DNA of 64,000 bases from an uncultured delta proteobacterium (GCA_963785235.1 CAWAUM010000013.1:128001-192000); one strand, 5' to 3'. Shown: positions 20,723-31,276, counted from the stretch's first letter. Program-made: numbers and translations. The notes: generated by a model from the letters alone, not told the origin.

Positions 20723-21500
20723 CTTTAAGGAACGGGTAAAGATCCCGTCCAAGAAAAAGACCATCTACCAGATCAATTCAGCGCTCAGGCTTGCCATATG
20801 GATATGCCTTTTCATATCAGGCCTCCTTATAAGCGTCTGCGCTGTAGCCTATATAAGCAATTCCGCGCTGTTCAACGTCAATCATATCGATATCAAGGGG
20901 AATGTTCATATAAAATCAGATGAGGTTCTAACTTTACTGGACATTGAACAAGGAGTTAATATACTGTCCTGGGATATGAATAAGGCGAGAAAGAGGTTAC
21001 AAAATCACCCGTGGATTAAAGATGTTAGCATATCCAGGGGCTTTGTGCCTGCATCGGTGGGCGTGTCAATTTGCGAGCATAAACCAAAGGCAACCCTGTT
21101 CCTGAAGGACAGGCCGTATCTGATATCTGAGGAAGGCTTGGCCTTTGCCTCCTCCCCTGATGTATACTATGGGCTCTTGATCAGTGCGCGCGATTATACG
21201 CAACAGGATATGAAACAGGGCCTGGATCAGGTCCTGAACAATGCCATTGAGGCTGCGGCGCTGGTAACGTCCAAGGGACTTCAGGTGAGCGATGTCCTCA
21301 TTGAACCGGGTGGCCTTGTGGATCTTAAACTGAAAAATGGGATAACGCTTACCATCTTCGGCCAAATTTCACCTGCAAAGGTGGATATGGCCATCAAGAC
21401 AATAGCAAAACTCAATCCTCCGGAAGGAACTGTTATGGATCTAAGGTGTGATGACAAGGTAGTACTCAGGAATAGGGGTGTGCATGGCAGCCAGGGATAA
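20712..21500 (+). CDS. ftsQ: FtsQ/DivIB (TM + POTRA)
   Basis: TM followed by POTRA (IDIKGN...HPWIKDVSISR); C-terminal MDLR; lies upstream of ftsA. Confidence 0.85.
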   Translation: MVSDFKERVKIPSKKKTIYQINSALRLAIWICLFISGLLISVCAVAYISNSALFNVNHIDIKGNVHIKSDEVLTLLDIEQGVNILSWDMNKARKRLQNHPWIKDVSISRGFVPASVGVSICEHKPKATLFLKDRPYLISEEGLAFASSPDVYYGLLISARDYTQQDMKQGLDQVLNNAIEAAALVTSKGLQVSDVLIEPGGLVDLKLKNGITLTIFGQISPAKVDMAIKTIAKLNPPEGTVMDLRCDDKVVLRNRGVHGSQG

Positions 21501-22710
21501 GATAGTCGTCGGGCTTGATATCGGGACAACAAAGATCTGCTGTCTCATCACGGAAATGAACGAGGCAGGCGAGCTCGAGGTCATAGGGTTCGGAGTATCC
21601 GAATCAAAGGGGCTCAGGCGGGGTCTTGTGGTGAACATGGAACAGACCGTGGATGCCATCAGGCACTGTGTCGAGGATGCCGAACGTATGGCCGGGATCA
21701 GGGTCGACGAAGTCTATACCGGCATCGCAGGAGGCCATATCCAGGGCATCAGCACCAGCGCGGTCATAGCCATCAAGGGCGATGAGATCACCGAGGTGGA
21801 CAGACGCAGGGTCGTGGATCAGGCCAAGGACTTTGCCAAGCCCGTAGGTGTCGAGATCATCCATGTGCTCCCCCAGGAATTCACCGTGGATGACATATCC
21901 GGAATTTTAAACCCTGTGGGAATGGCAGGTTCCAGGCTTGAATCACGTGTGCACATCGTCACCGGAAGCGTGTCTGCGGTGAGCAACATCACCAAGTGCG
22001 CCCAGAAGGCAGGGCTCGGCCTGCAGGACATCGTGCTCCAGCAGATTGCCTCTGCCGCCGCCATCCTGACGCCGGATGAAATGCAGCTCGGGGTGATCCT
22101 CATGGATATCGGAGGGGGCACCACGGACATCGCGGTCTTCAATGAGGGCTCCATCCGGCACACGTCCGTTCTTGCCCTTGGCGGGGACAATATCACCAAT
22201 GATATCGCAGTAGGCCTGCGGGCGCCTATTGCAGAGGCGGAGCGGCTCAAGATCAAATACGGTCATGCCATCTCTGCACGGGTTTCTGCCGATGAACAGA
22301 TCGAGGTGCCCTCCATCGGAGGAGATACGGTGAATATGGTGCCCCGGAGAATTCTTTCCGAAATAATCGAATCCAGGGTAGAAGAACTTTTCAAACTCGC
22401 ATATAATGAAATCAGAACCACCGGGCTGTCGGAATCCATGTCGGCAGGGCTCGTGCTCACCGGAGGCGCAAGCGCCCTGGAAGGGGTTGCAGAGCTGGCC
22501 GAAAGCATCATGCATATGCCTGTGCGTGTAGGGCTTCCCAGGGGCGTGAAGGGCCTCGTTGAGCTTGTGAACAGCCCGGCATATGCAACAGCCGTGGGTT
22601 TGTGTGTGTATGAAACGGGAAAACCGTCGTATGGCTTCAAACCGAAGGGCACCAATGTCTTCGAGAGGATTATGGAGAGAATGATCAGCTGGTTCAAGGA
22701 AGTCTTTTAG
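21484..22710 (+). CDS. ftsA: Cell division protein FtsA
   Basis: GLDIGTTKI, DIGGGTTD, VLTGGAS, PAYATAVGL and a C-terminal amphipathic helix. Confidence 0.97.
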   Translation: MAARDKIVVGLDIGTTKICCLITEMNEAGELEVIGFGVSESKGLRRGLVVNMEQTVDAIRHCVEDAERMAGIRVDEVYTGIAGGHIQGISTSAVIAIKGDEITEVDRRRVVDQAKDFAKPVGVEIIHVLPQEFTVDDISGILNPVGMAGSRLESRVHIVTGSVSAVSNITKCAQKAGLGLQDIVLQQIASAAAILTPDEMQLGVILMDIGGGTTDIAVFNEGSIRHTSVLALGGDNITNDIAVGLRAPIAEAERLKIKYGHAISARVSADEQIEVPSIGGDTVNMVPRRILSEIIESRVEELFKLAYNEIRTTGLSESMSAGLVLTGGASALEGVAELAESIMHMPVRVGLPRGVKGLVELVNSPAYATAVGLCVYETGKPSYGFKPKGTNVFERIMERMISWFKEVF

Positions 22711-22726
22711 ATGCAAGGGGGTGCTT

Positions 22727-23911
22727 ATGTTTGAATTGGAAAAGATGGAGAGCGTGGGGGCACAGATCAAGGTCATAGGCGTGGGTGGATGCGGTTGTAA
22801 TGCCGTGAACAACATGATCAACGCAAAATTGAAAGGTGTTGAGTTCCTCTCATGCAACACCGATATCCAGACCTTGAAATCCTCTTTGTCCTCGAACCGC
22901 ATTCAGATAGGAACCAAGCTTACCAGGGGCCTCGGTGCCGGCGGCAACCCCGATGCCGGTAGGAGTGCAGCCCTGGAGAGTGAAAAGGAAATCCGCACGG
23001 CTTTTGAGGACGCCGATATGGTGTTCATAACCGCAGGCATGGGCGGCGGGACAGGAACCGGGGCATCCCCGGTGGTGGCCCAGATCGCCAAGGAAATGGG
23101 TATACTCACCGTTGCCGTGGTCACCAAACCCTTTCCCTTTGAGGGCAAACGCAAGATGGTCCAGGCCGAGGCAGGAGAAAAAGAACTCACCGAGAATGTG
23201 GACGCCCTGATCGTGATCCCGAATAACCGCCTGCTGAGCATGGCAGGTAAGAACGTGCCCCTGCTCGATGCCTTCAAGATGGCCGACAACATCCTCATCA
23301 ATGCGGTCAAGGGCATATCCGATCTCATCAACAATACCGGCCTTGTGAACGTAGACTTCAACGACGTGAGGGCTGTCATGATTGAAAAAGGCAAGGCGCT
23401 TATGGGCATCGGTTATGGCTCCGGCGAAAATAGGGCCGCTGAGGCAGCCCAGTCCGCCATCTCGTCCCCCCTGCTGGAGGATATGGATATCCACGGTGCC
23501 AAAGGCCTGCTCATCAATATCACAAGCGGACCTTCCATCACCATGAACGAGATCCATGAGGCCTCTTCTCTGATCCAGGCCGCTGCACATGACGATGCCA
23601 ATATCATCTGGGGCGTGGTGATCGATGAGAACATGACCGATCAGATAGCCATCACCGTAGTGGCGACAGGGTTTGCCAATAAACCCATCGTACTGTCTTC
23701 AGGCGTGGATAAGGGCAAGGCATCCCAGCAGCAGAGAGATCCGCACAATGCCTCGGTCATCGACTATAACAAGCCTGCATTCATGAGAAGGAAGGAACAG
23801 AAGGAAGAGAAGGAGAAAGAGGTTATTAAGCTCGGTATGGTGGTGGACGAGAGCGTTCTCGACCAGGATCTTTATAACGTGCCTACATTCCTGCGCAAGA
23901 AGGCCGATTAA
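22727..23911 (+). CDS. ftsZ: Cell division protein FtsZ
   Basis: IKVIGVGG, GMGGGTGTG tubulin signature, NVDFNDV and C-terminal VPTFLRK. Confidence 0.98.
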   Translation: MFELEKMESVGAQIKVIGVGGCGCNAVNNMINAKLKGVEFLSCNTDIQTLKSSLSSNRIQIGTKLTRGLGAGGNPDAGRSAALESEKEIRTAFEDADMVFITAGMGGGTGTGASPVVAQIAKEMGILTVAVVTKPFPFEGKRKMVQAEAGEKELTENVDALIVIPNNRLLSMAGKNVPLLDAFKMADNILINAVKGISDLINNTGLVNVDFNDVRAVMIEKGKALMGIGYGSGENRAAEAAQSAISSPLLEDMDIHGAKGLLINITSGPSITMNEIHEASSLIQAAAHDDANIIWGVVIDENMTDQIAITVVATGFANKPIVLSSGVDKGKASQQQRDPHNASVIDYNKPAFMRRKEQKEEKEKEVIKLGMVVDESVLDQDLYNVPTFLRKKAD

Positions 23912-23919
23912 GGAGGCGC

Positions 23920-25038
23920 ATGCGGCCCACACTGGTTGAGATAGACCTCTCAGCCATCAATCATAACATAGAGCTTATCAAGGGCCGGACCAAAGGCCGT
24001 GTCATGATGGCCATCAAGGCTGATGCCTACGGACACGGCGCGGAGACTGTGGGCCGGTTCGTCCAGGAAAAGGCTCTCGTGGACATGCTGGGTGTGAGCT
24101 GTATCGAAGAGGGTATCCAGCTCCGGAAGGCGGGCGTAAGGCTCCCGATTCTCAATTTCGGCCTGATCACCCCCGCCCAGGATGACGTCGACGCAGTATT
24201 CTCACATGACCTGATACCTACCCTTGTGGACATGTCACCTGCAGAGGCACTCATCCAGGGGGCACGCAGGTGGAACCGCTCCATAGCCGTACACGTCAAG
24301 ACCGATACGGGCATGGGCAGGTTGGGATTACCGCCGGAGAAGACCCTTGCGGTCATAGAATATATCGCCTCATTGCGTGAGATTACCATATCCGGTCTCT
24401 ATACACACTTCCCTGTATCCGATGTTCCGGGAAGTGAGTTCACCGAGTCCCAGATCAGGCAGTTCATCGATTTTTCCAACAGGCTTGCCTCCTTGAATAT
24501 CAACGTGGGTCTGCGCCACTGTGCCAATTCAGGCGCCATAATCAACCACAGGGAATCTTTCATGGATATGGTAAGACCCGGGCTCTTATGCTATGGGCTC
24601 TACCCTTCTGAAAATATGCCGAAAGAACTCGATCTCCACCCTGCCATGACCCTGAAGACAGGCATCATGTTCATGAAGCGGGTAAAAAAGGGAGCCGGTC
24701 TTTCCTACGGGCTCACCTACAGACCCGAGCGTGATACAACTATCGCCACTATCCCCATCGGCTATGCGGACGGGTATGCAAGGGCACTGTCCAACATCGG
24801 GAAGGTCCTCATAGCAGGCAAACAGTATCCTGTCGTTGGCAGAATCTGCATGGACCAGACCCTTGTGGACCTTGGAGATGATACCTATCCCGTGGGCCAG
24901 GAGGTGATCCTGTTCGGCCCGGACACCATCACGGCCGCCACTGTTGCATCCTGGTGCGGCACCATCCCCTATGAGGTCACCTGCGATATGAGCAGGCGGG
25001 TCCCGCGGATGTACTCCAATACCCTGGATGCGGCATAG
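23920..25038 (+). CDS. alr: Alanine racemase
   Basis: IKADAYGHG (PLP lysine), DTGMGRLG, GYADGY, GRICMDQ and TIPYEV motifs. Confidence 0.96.
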   Translation: MRPTLVEIDLSAINHNIELIKGRTKGRVMMAIKADAYGHGAETVGRFVQEKALVDMLGVSCIEEGIQLRKAGVRLPILNFGLITPAQDDVDAVFSHDLIPTLVDMSPAEALIQGARRWNRSIAVHVKTDTGMGRLGLPPEKTLAVIEYIASLREITISGLYTHFPVSDVPGSEFTESQIRQFIDFSNRLASLNINVGLRHCANSGAIINHRESFMDMVRPGLLCYGLYPSENMPKELDLHPAMTLKTGIMFMKRVKKGAGLSYGLTYRPERDTTIATIPIGYADGYARALSNIGKVLIAGKQYPVVGRICMDQTLVDLGDDTYPVGQEVILFGPDTITAATVASWCGTIPYEVTCDMSRRVPRMYSNTLDAA

Positions 25039-25052
25039 TCCTCAAATATTCG

Positions 25053-26459
25053 ATGGAATCTTCTGAAAAGCTTTCATATTTCTTCAGTCCTGAAGGTATT
25101 GCCGTTTTCGGGAGCATGAAGGAAGAATGGTTCTTCGGCGCCGGCGTGGTGATAAAAGAACTAAAAGAGCTTGGATATGCAGGCGCTATCTATCCCATTC
25201 ATCCGACCTCCGCATCAGTTTATGGTCTGAAGGTCTACCCCGACATCTCTGGGATTGAGGGAAAGATTGACCTGGCAGTGATCGCCACCTCGTATCGCTC
25301 AGTGCCGGGGATTCTGGAGTCCTGCGGCAGAAAGGGAGTAAAGGCGGCAGTAGTAATATCCGACGGTTTTGCCGAAAACGGTGAGGAAGGTCGGGTCCGA
25401 CAGGCCGCCATTGTTTCGATTGCACAAGGAAAAGGCATCCGGATTATCGGACCCAACACGCTCGGCATCTACAAACCACACGGGGGCATCAGCACCATTC
25501 CCTATGAGAAAGGCTACCATCTCCCTCCAAAAGGCGGCCTGTCAATTATCACCCAGACCGGCATGTATGGGCCGCAGGCAACAGCGATGAATGAATATTC
25601 CTTCGGGACCAATACCATCATCGACCTCGGTAACATGTGCGATATTGACGAGGTAGACTGCCTCGAATATCTCGGGCATGACCATGACACAACGTTGATC
25701 GGAATCTACATGGAGCATTCGAAGCGGCCGAAGGCCCTTCTCGAAACAGCCCGGAGGATCTCCAGGAGTAAGCCCATTCTCGCCCTTAAGGGGGGAAGGA
25801 GCAACGAATCAGCCAAGGCCATGGCCTCCCATACCGGGAGCATCTCAGGAAAGGACAGTCTCTATGACGCCCTTTTCAGACAGGCAGGTATCATCAGGGT
25901 AGATGATTACGAAGACCTGCTGGAGGGCGCCAAGGTTTTTCTCTCACAGCCTCTCCCAAAGGGGAACCGCCTGGGCATTATCAGCCTTACCGGCGCTATC
26001 GGTATCCAGTGCATTGATATAGGGGCACAGTATGGACTTGTACCCGGCGCTCTGAGCCAGCATAGCAGGGAAACACTTCTGTCCATAAGCCATACCCTTG
26101 CCAATCACCCCATTGACCTCGGTCCGGCCACTGCTGCCAATGGAATCGATATATTGACCTATTACACACGATGTTTCGATGTTCTCATGGAAGACGAGAA
26201 TATTGACTGCATTTACCTGAACACCTACATCAGCAGTTATCTGATGCCGGATTTCTATGTGAATGTGCTTGAGTACATGGGCCACAACCTCAGAAAACCT
26301 GTTGTTGCATGGTCCTACGGGCCATCTTCAGAAGCGGTTCGCAAGCTTGGCAGCCTCATCGAGCGTTACGGCATACCCTTCTACCCAACCACACGCAAGG
26401 CGATACAGGCACTGGGGTATATGGTGAGATATGCCAAGTGGAAAAAAGAAGTGGTTTGA
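25053..26459 (+). CDS. NDP-forming acyl-CoA synthetase alpha-type subunit (CoA-binding + ligase domains)
   Basis: IAVFGS, DGFAE, IIGPNTLG, DLGNMCDID and phospho-His motif ASHTG; no ATP-grasp domain. Confidence 0.82.
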   Translation: MESSEKLSYFFSPEGIAVFGSMKEEWFFGAGVVIKELKELGYAGAIYPIHPTSASVYGLKVYPDISGIEGKIDLAVIATSYRSVPGILESCGRKGVKAAVVISDGFAENGEEGRVRQAAIVSIAQGKGIRIIGPNTLGIYKPHGGISTIPYEKGYHLPPKGGLSIITQTGMYGPQATAMNEYSFGTNTIIDLGNMCDIDEVDCLEYLGHDHDTTLIGIYMEHSKRPKALLETARRISRSKPILALKGGRSNESAKAMASHTGSISGKDSLYDALFRQAGIIRVDDYEDLLEGAKVFLSQPLPKGNRLGIISLTGAIGIQCIDIGAQYGLVPGALSQHSRETLLSISHTLANHPIDLGPATAANGIDILTYYTRCFDVLMEDENIDCIYLNTYISSYLMPDFYVNVLEYMGHNLRKPVVAWSYGPSSEAVRKLGSLIERYGIPFYPTTRKAIQALGYMVRYAKWKKEVV

Positions 26460-26462
26460 AGG

Positions 26463-26494
26463 AAAAAAAAGGGATGGGCATTTGCCCATCCCTT
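26463..26494 (-). terminator. Rho-independent terminator
   Basis: AAGGGATGGGCA/TGCCCATCCCTT stem with an A8 tract (U-tract on minus strand), between convergent genes. Confidence 0.8.
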
Positions 26495-26521
26495 GACCAT
26501 GTGGGGTTAGCCACAGGCATC

Positions 26522-29335
26522 CTATTTTCTGATGAAGGTACTGGTTTTGCTCTTAATGATCTGGCCGCCGGTAGTTGTTCCCTGCACATACCAGGTCACG
26601 ATGGTACCTTTGGGGATGAACCACTGCCATAGGACTGAATGAAGGGTTGTGGAGGTATTGCTGCCCGAATAAACCTTGCTGTATTTTTTCCCACCGTCGA
26701 TGGAGATATACGCTATATAGCTCTTAAACCCATTACCTGCCCAGGTGAGTGTCGGGCTTGTGGAGCAAACCGTACCATTGGCAGGGGATACAAGTGTGAC
26801 ATCAGTAGTACTACTCTGGACCGTTACGGTCACTGCAGAGGAACTGCTGGTATCTTTTCCGTCATACACCTTCAGAGAGAACACGTACACGCCTGCCTGG
26901 TCTGCCACAAAGGACGGTCGTGCTGTGTTGGAGCTGCTGAGCGACACCTGGGTGCCGCTGGTCTGGGACCATATGTACGATACGGAGGTTCCATCAGGGT
27001 CGTAACTTGCACTGCCATTCAGGGTGATTGTCTGGCCGACTGTGGCAACGATGTTGCTGCCTGCATTGGCAATGGGAACCTGGTTGGCGTTGTCCACGGT
27101 CACAATAACGTTATCTGTCGATGATGCCTGTCCATCAGACACAGCCACCTTGAATTCAAAGACTCCGGAAGTGGTCGGTGTAAAGAAAGCCTGCATGGAG
27201 GTATTATTGTGAATCACCATGGAGGCCCCGGAAACCTGGGTCCAGGTGAAGGTAATCCCATCATTGTCAGGGTCATAAGAGTTGGCTGCCTCGAGCACTA
27301 CATCGTCACCCACGAAGGCGTGTATATCCTGGCCTGCATTGGCAACAGGCGAGGTATTCTGGGAAACGATCGTTATGGTTACGCTGCTGGGGGTTGAACT
27401 CACCGTGCCGTCATTGACCGTGAGATTGAACACATATGTCCCCACCGTACCGGCAACGAACGAAGGCTGAACGGTGTTGGCACCGGTCAATGTCACTGTC
27501 GGGCCTGATGCCTTGACCCAGGAGTAGGTCAAGCTGTCATTATCAGGATCAGTAGAGGCGCTCCCATTCAAGGTCACGGTGCTGCCCAGCGTCAATTCCC
27601 GGTTCTGACCTGCATTGGCGGTAGGTGCATGGTTGACGGCATTGACCGTGATGATGACCTGGGATGCCGTGCTGGTATTGACTCCATCCGAGCACTGTAC
27701 TGAGAATGTATATTGGCCGGCAATCGTCGGGGTAAAGGTGATGTCCTGCTGGGCCATGTTCGGCAGAGTAACACTCTGGGACGACACCTTGGTCCACTGG
27801 TAGGTAAGGTTGTCTACATTCGGATCCTGCCCTGTTGCATGGAGCGTGATCTGGGTGCCGGCATTGATAGTCACGTTGCTGCCTGCATTTACACTCGGTG
27901 CTATATTGAAGATTGTCACGTTTACCGTGTCCGAGGTTGAACCTGTTGAGTTCGTGCAGGTCAGTCTGAACTGATACGTACCTGCCTTGATCCCCATAAA
28001 GCTTGCGGTGCTTGCTGTGGGTGTTTCGATGGTAACCGTGGTACCGCTTACCTGGGTCCAGCTGTACGAGAGGCCCTGGCCGCTCGAAGCAGACCCGTCA
28101 AGAATAACCCTCTGAGGTGCGACATTCTGATCGGTTCCTGCATTGGCAACAGGAGCTGCATTGATATAATTGATGGTATCACTGGCTGAAGATGTCATCC
28201 AGTTGCCTGAATTGTCCTTGAATCGAACATATACCGTTTTGGTGCCTACACCGCTGGAAAGCGCCCATGAGTAACTGGTGGCATAAGTATATTCACTGGA
28301 GAATGTCGTCCCGTCATTGCTGAATTTCATCCCTGTTACCGTGCCGGCCGCATCGCTGGCGCTCAAGGTAAGTGTTACTGCGGTAGAGGTGGTTGAGGCG
28401 GCCCCGGAGTTGATACTTACACTCCCCGTGGGAGGCGTGGTGTCCGCCGGAGCAACGAGCTGGATCGTGTCTGTGGATGAAGATGTCATCCAGTTCCCTG
28501 AGTTGTCTTTGAATCGAACATATACCGTCTTGGTGCCCTCACCGCTTGAAAGCGCCCATGAGTAGCTGGTGGCATATGCAACTTCACTGGAGAATGTCGT
28601 CCCGTCGTTGCTGAATCTCATCCCGGTTACCGTGCCGGCTGCATCGCTAGCGCTCAAGGTAAGGGTCACTGCAGTGGAGGTGGTAGACGCAGCGGCGGAA
28701 TTAATAGAAACACTCCCTGTTGGAGGCGTTGTGTCCGCCGGGGCAACGAGCTGGATCGTGTCAGTGGCTGATGATGTCATCCAGTTCCCTGAATTATCCT
28801 TGAACCGAACATATACCGTCTTGGTGCCAACACCGCTGGAAAGTGCCCATGAGTAACTTGTGGCATATGCAACTTCACTGGAGAATGTCGTCCCGTCGTT
28901 GCTGAATCTCATCCCGGTTACCGTGCCGGCTGCATCGCTGGCGCTCAAGGTAAGCGTCACAGCGGTTGAGGTGGTGGACGCGGCGCCGGTATTGATATTT
29001 ACACTCCCTGTGGGAGGCGTGGTGTCCGCTGCAGGGATAGATGCGCTCCTTTCTGCGGATTTAACAGATTCATTATTGGAAGAATCGTAGGCGGACACAG
29101 ATACATAATAGGTACTCCCAGCCTGCACATTTGGAATATCATAGCTTGTGGCTCCCACAACAGGGACAGGAGTACCATAAGTATTTGATTGTGTGCCGTA
29201 GTATACCTTGTAGCCGGAGAGGTCTGAGTCTGCATTAGCATTCCAGGTAACATGTAATGAAGCGGCAATACCTGCACCTTGGAGTAGTGCCAGAAATGCT
29301 ACGATCAGAACCAGGCTGTTTCGAATATGTCTCAT
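26522..29335 (-). CDS. Large secreted Ser/Thr-rich surface protein: FN3-like domain, 3 tandem Ig-like repeats, 5 PKD-like domains, C-terminal beta domain
   Basis: Signal peptide; VTWNANADSDLSGYKVYYG; three DTTPPTGSV... repeats; five PxANAG...Y(S/T)W modules; GGAGG SD. Confidence 0.85.
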   Translation of the reverse strand: MRHIRNSLVLIVAFLALLQGAGIAASLHVTWNANADSDLSGYKVYYGTQSNTYGTPVPVVGATSYDIPNVQAGSTYYVSVSAYDSSNNESVKSAERSASIPAADTTPPTGSVNINTGAASTTSTAVTLTLSASDAAGTVTGMRFSNDGTTFSSEVAYATSYSWALSSGVGTKTVYVRFKDNSGNWMTSSATDTIQLVAPADTTPPTGSVSINSAAASTTSTAVTLTLSASDAAGTVTGMRFSNDGTTFSSEVAYATSYSWALSSGEGTKTVYVRFKDNSGNWMTSSSTDTIQLVAPADTTPPTGSVSINSGAASTTSTAVTLTLSASDAAGTVTGMKFSNDGTTFSSEYTYATSYSWALSSGVGTKTVYVRFKDNSGNWMTSSASDTINYINAAPVANAGTDQNVAPQRVILDGSASSGQGLSYSWTQVSGTTVTIETPTASTASFMGIKAGTYQFRLTCTNSTGSTSDTVNVTIFNIAPSVNAGSNVTINAGTQITLHATGQDPNVDNLTYQWTKVSSQSVTLPNMAQQDITFTPTIAGQYTFSVQCSDGVNTSTASQVIITVNAVNHAPTANAGQNRELTLGSTVTLNGSASTDPDNDSLTYSWVKASGPTVTLTGANTVQPSFVAGTVGTYVFNLTVNDGTVSSTPSSVTITIVSQNTSPVANAGQDIHAFVGDDVVLEAANSYDPDNDGITFTWTQVSGASMVIHNNTSMQAFFTPTTSGVFEFKVAVSDGQASSTDNVIVTVDNANQVPIANAGSNIVATVGQTITLNGSASYDPDGTSVSYIWSQTSGTQVSLSSSNTARPSFVADQAGVYVFSLKVYDGKDTSSSSAVTVTVQSSTTDVTLVSPANGTVCSTSPTLTWAGNGFKSYIAYISIDGGKKYSKVYSGSNTSTTLHSVLWQWFIPKGTIVTWYVQGTTTGGQIIKSKTSTFIRK
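28160..29030 (-). repeat. Three tandem 291-bp (97-aa) intragenic repeats
   Basis: GGCATATGCAACTTCACTGG recurs at 28571 and 28862 (291 bp apart); three near-identical protein units. Confidence 0.9.
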
Positions 29336-29375
29336 AGGTGCTACCTCCAGTAGTTCCATTGCTGGGACTAGAGAG

Positions 29376-29421
29376 GCAATATGCAGACCAAGTCATATTG
29401 TGTTGTCTAATCAGTTAGTTG
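29376..29421 (-). promoter_or_regulatory. Putative sigma-54 promoter with adjacent IHF site
   Basis: Minus strand TGGTCTGCATATTGC (GG-N10-GC) about 40 bp before the ATG; AATCAGTTAGTTG at 29409-29421 is close to WATCAANNNNTTR. Confidence 0.5.
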
Positions 29422-29640
29422 CGGTAATTAGGGTTTATTTTCGATATACACAATCGTACAGACAAATACTCTTTTGTAACAAGCTACCCTGTAATTTGGG
29501 CAGCCTTTCAAAGGGCTTTAAGTATTTAACAACCCTGTTGCTGCTGACAAAATAACTTCAAGGTTCCTTAATGATAACAAAGCAGTAAAGGCCAGGAATA
29601 TATCCGGGAATAGGATTTCAGGGACAAGTCCAGCCGCACG

Positions 29641-29877
29641 ACCTATCATGAAACAAGAATACCCGAGGTGGTGATTACAATCATGACATCTCACATGACA
29701 GAGATGACAGGACACCTTCTGAAGGTTCACCTGTCCTGTGGGTTCAAGCAGGACGAATGTGTTAAGGCCGTGCTCAATCCGGGAGTCCATGGCTTTGCCC
29801 AGAAGCCCTATGACCTTGATACTCTCTCCAGATCCATCTTTGCCGTCATCAATATGGGACAGGAAAGAAGTCCTTGA
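29641..29877 (+). pseudogene. Degenerate response-regulator receiver-domain remnant
   Basis: LSCGF...GFAQKPYDLDTL resembles the C-terminal half of a REC domain; an upstream in-frame stop removes the N-terminal half. Confidence 0.35.
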
Positions 29878-29908
29878 AAAGGAACCCCCAAGGGCATATT
29901 GGAGTCCT

Positions 29909-31228
29909 ATGATACAAAGGAAGCGACTACTCCTGGCGTTGTTGGTTTTCATCCTTGCCCCTGTGAGCATGGCGTTTCCACTTACCTATGGGGATGAACG
30001 GCAAATAGCCGACGAATTCACCAACCTGCTTGAGGCAAACAACCTCATCATCCATGATTCCGAGATCGCCTGGCCTGCCCAGATGCTTGCAGACCGTCTG
30101 GCCGACCATATAAAGGAACCGGTTTACAATTTCAAGATTCATGTCGTGAAAGACCTGTCCGTGAACGCATTCACAATCCCGGACGGGCATATATTCATAA
30201 ACCTTGGCATCCTTCTCTTTGCACAGGATCTTGATGAGATATCGGCTGTCATCGGTCACGAGATGGGTCACAGCCAGTTGCGGCATATACCGGAGAATTA
30301 TGACACCCAAAAATCCTTATCCGTTGCCACAATCTTAGGGGTGCTTGCAGGCAGCCTGCTCTCTTCAAAGAACCCTGAGGCCGGCGCTGCCATGATATTC
30401 TCTTCCATAGGCGGGTCCGAGAACGTCAGGCTCGCATATTCCAGGAAGAACGAATATGAGTCGGACAATTACGGCAAGGTTATTCTTCAAGCGTCCGGCA
30501 TTGATCCATCAGCCATGTCAAGGTTTCTCATCAGGCTCAATACCTTTTCAGGCACATCCGGCATGCCGGAATACCTTCTTACCCACCCCTTCACGGAAAA
30601 CCGGATTGCAAACATGAGGGATGACCCGGGCAAGCCTAAACCGGACGGCAACTTCTGGACACTGTATGCAACCGTGATCGGCCTTGTCATGCCTGTAAGC
30701 GAGACCACAACACGGACCGCCCAGGTGCCGGAACCCTATAAATCCCTTGCAATAGGCATTGCGAAGACCCGGGCAGGCAACCACTCACAAGCCCTGGCCC
30801 TTCTGGAGAAGATCGACCTGCCCATCGCCAAGGCTTACAGGGGACTCACGCTCTATGAAATGGGCAAGAAGAACGAGGCCTATCCCTTTCTGAAGGATTA
30901 TGCCCGTTCGGCCCGCACCAAGATCGCCCTGGCTGAGATACTCCAGGAACGAGGGGACCTTAATGAGGCCATCACGGTCCTCATACCTTTCCAGTCGCAG
31001 AGCATACGGGTGGATTACACCCTGGGCATCCTTTATGAGAAGGTGAAAAAGCCTGAGCTATCACACGTATCTTACGCCAGATATTTCTTCAGGATGAACA
31101 ACTTTACTGCGAGCCTCTATCACATCGATGAGGCGCTCAAGTCCAAGGACAGCCTTTCAAAAGAAACCCTTGCCGAGCTTAAGGTAATGAAGGATATGAT
31201 CAAGACACAAAAGCAAAATATGAATTAA
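29909..31228 (+). CDS. M48-family metalloprotease with TPR region (BepA/YfgC-like)
   Basis: Signal peptide, VNAFTIPDG, HEMGH zinc motif, YSRKNEYESD, LLTHP and a TPR-like C-terminus. Confidence 0.88.
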   Translation: MIQRKRLLLALLVFILAPVSMAFPLTYGDERQIADEFTNLLEANNLIIHDSEIAWPAQMLADRLADHIKEPVYNFKIHVVKDLSVNAFTIPDGHIFINLGILLFAQDLDEISAVIGHEMGHSQLRHIPENYDTQKSLSVATILGVLAGSLLSSKNPEAGAAMIFSSIGGSENVRLAYSRKNEYESDNYGKVILQASGIDPSAMSRFLIRLNTFSGTSGMPEYLLTHPFTENRIANMRDDPGKPKPDGNFWTLYATVIGLVMPVSETTTRTAQVPEPYKSLAIGIAKTRAGNHSQALALLEKIDLPIAKAYRGLTLYEMGKKNEAYPFLKDYARSARTKIALAEILQERGDLNEAITVLIPFQSQSIRVDYTLGILYEKVKKPELSHVSYARYFFRMNNFTASLYHIDEALKSKDSLSKETLAELKVMKDMIKTQKQNMN

Positions 31229-31230
31229 AG

Positions 31231-31276
31231 GGATTTTGCGTCCGAGAAGAGTAAAAACCTTTTTCCGTTCAAAACC
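31231..31276 (+). repeat. Truncated copy of the dispersed MITE-like element
   Basis: 31249-31276 GAGTAAAAACCTTTTTCCGTTCAAAACC is identical to 50027-50054; the upstream GGATTTTGCG also matches. Confidence 0.75.
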
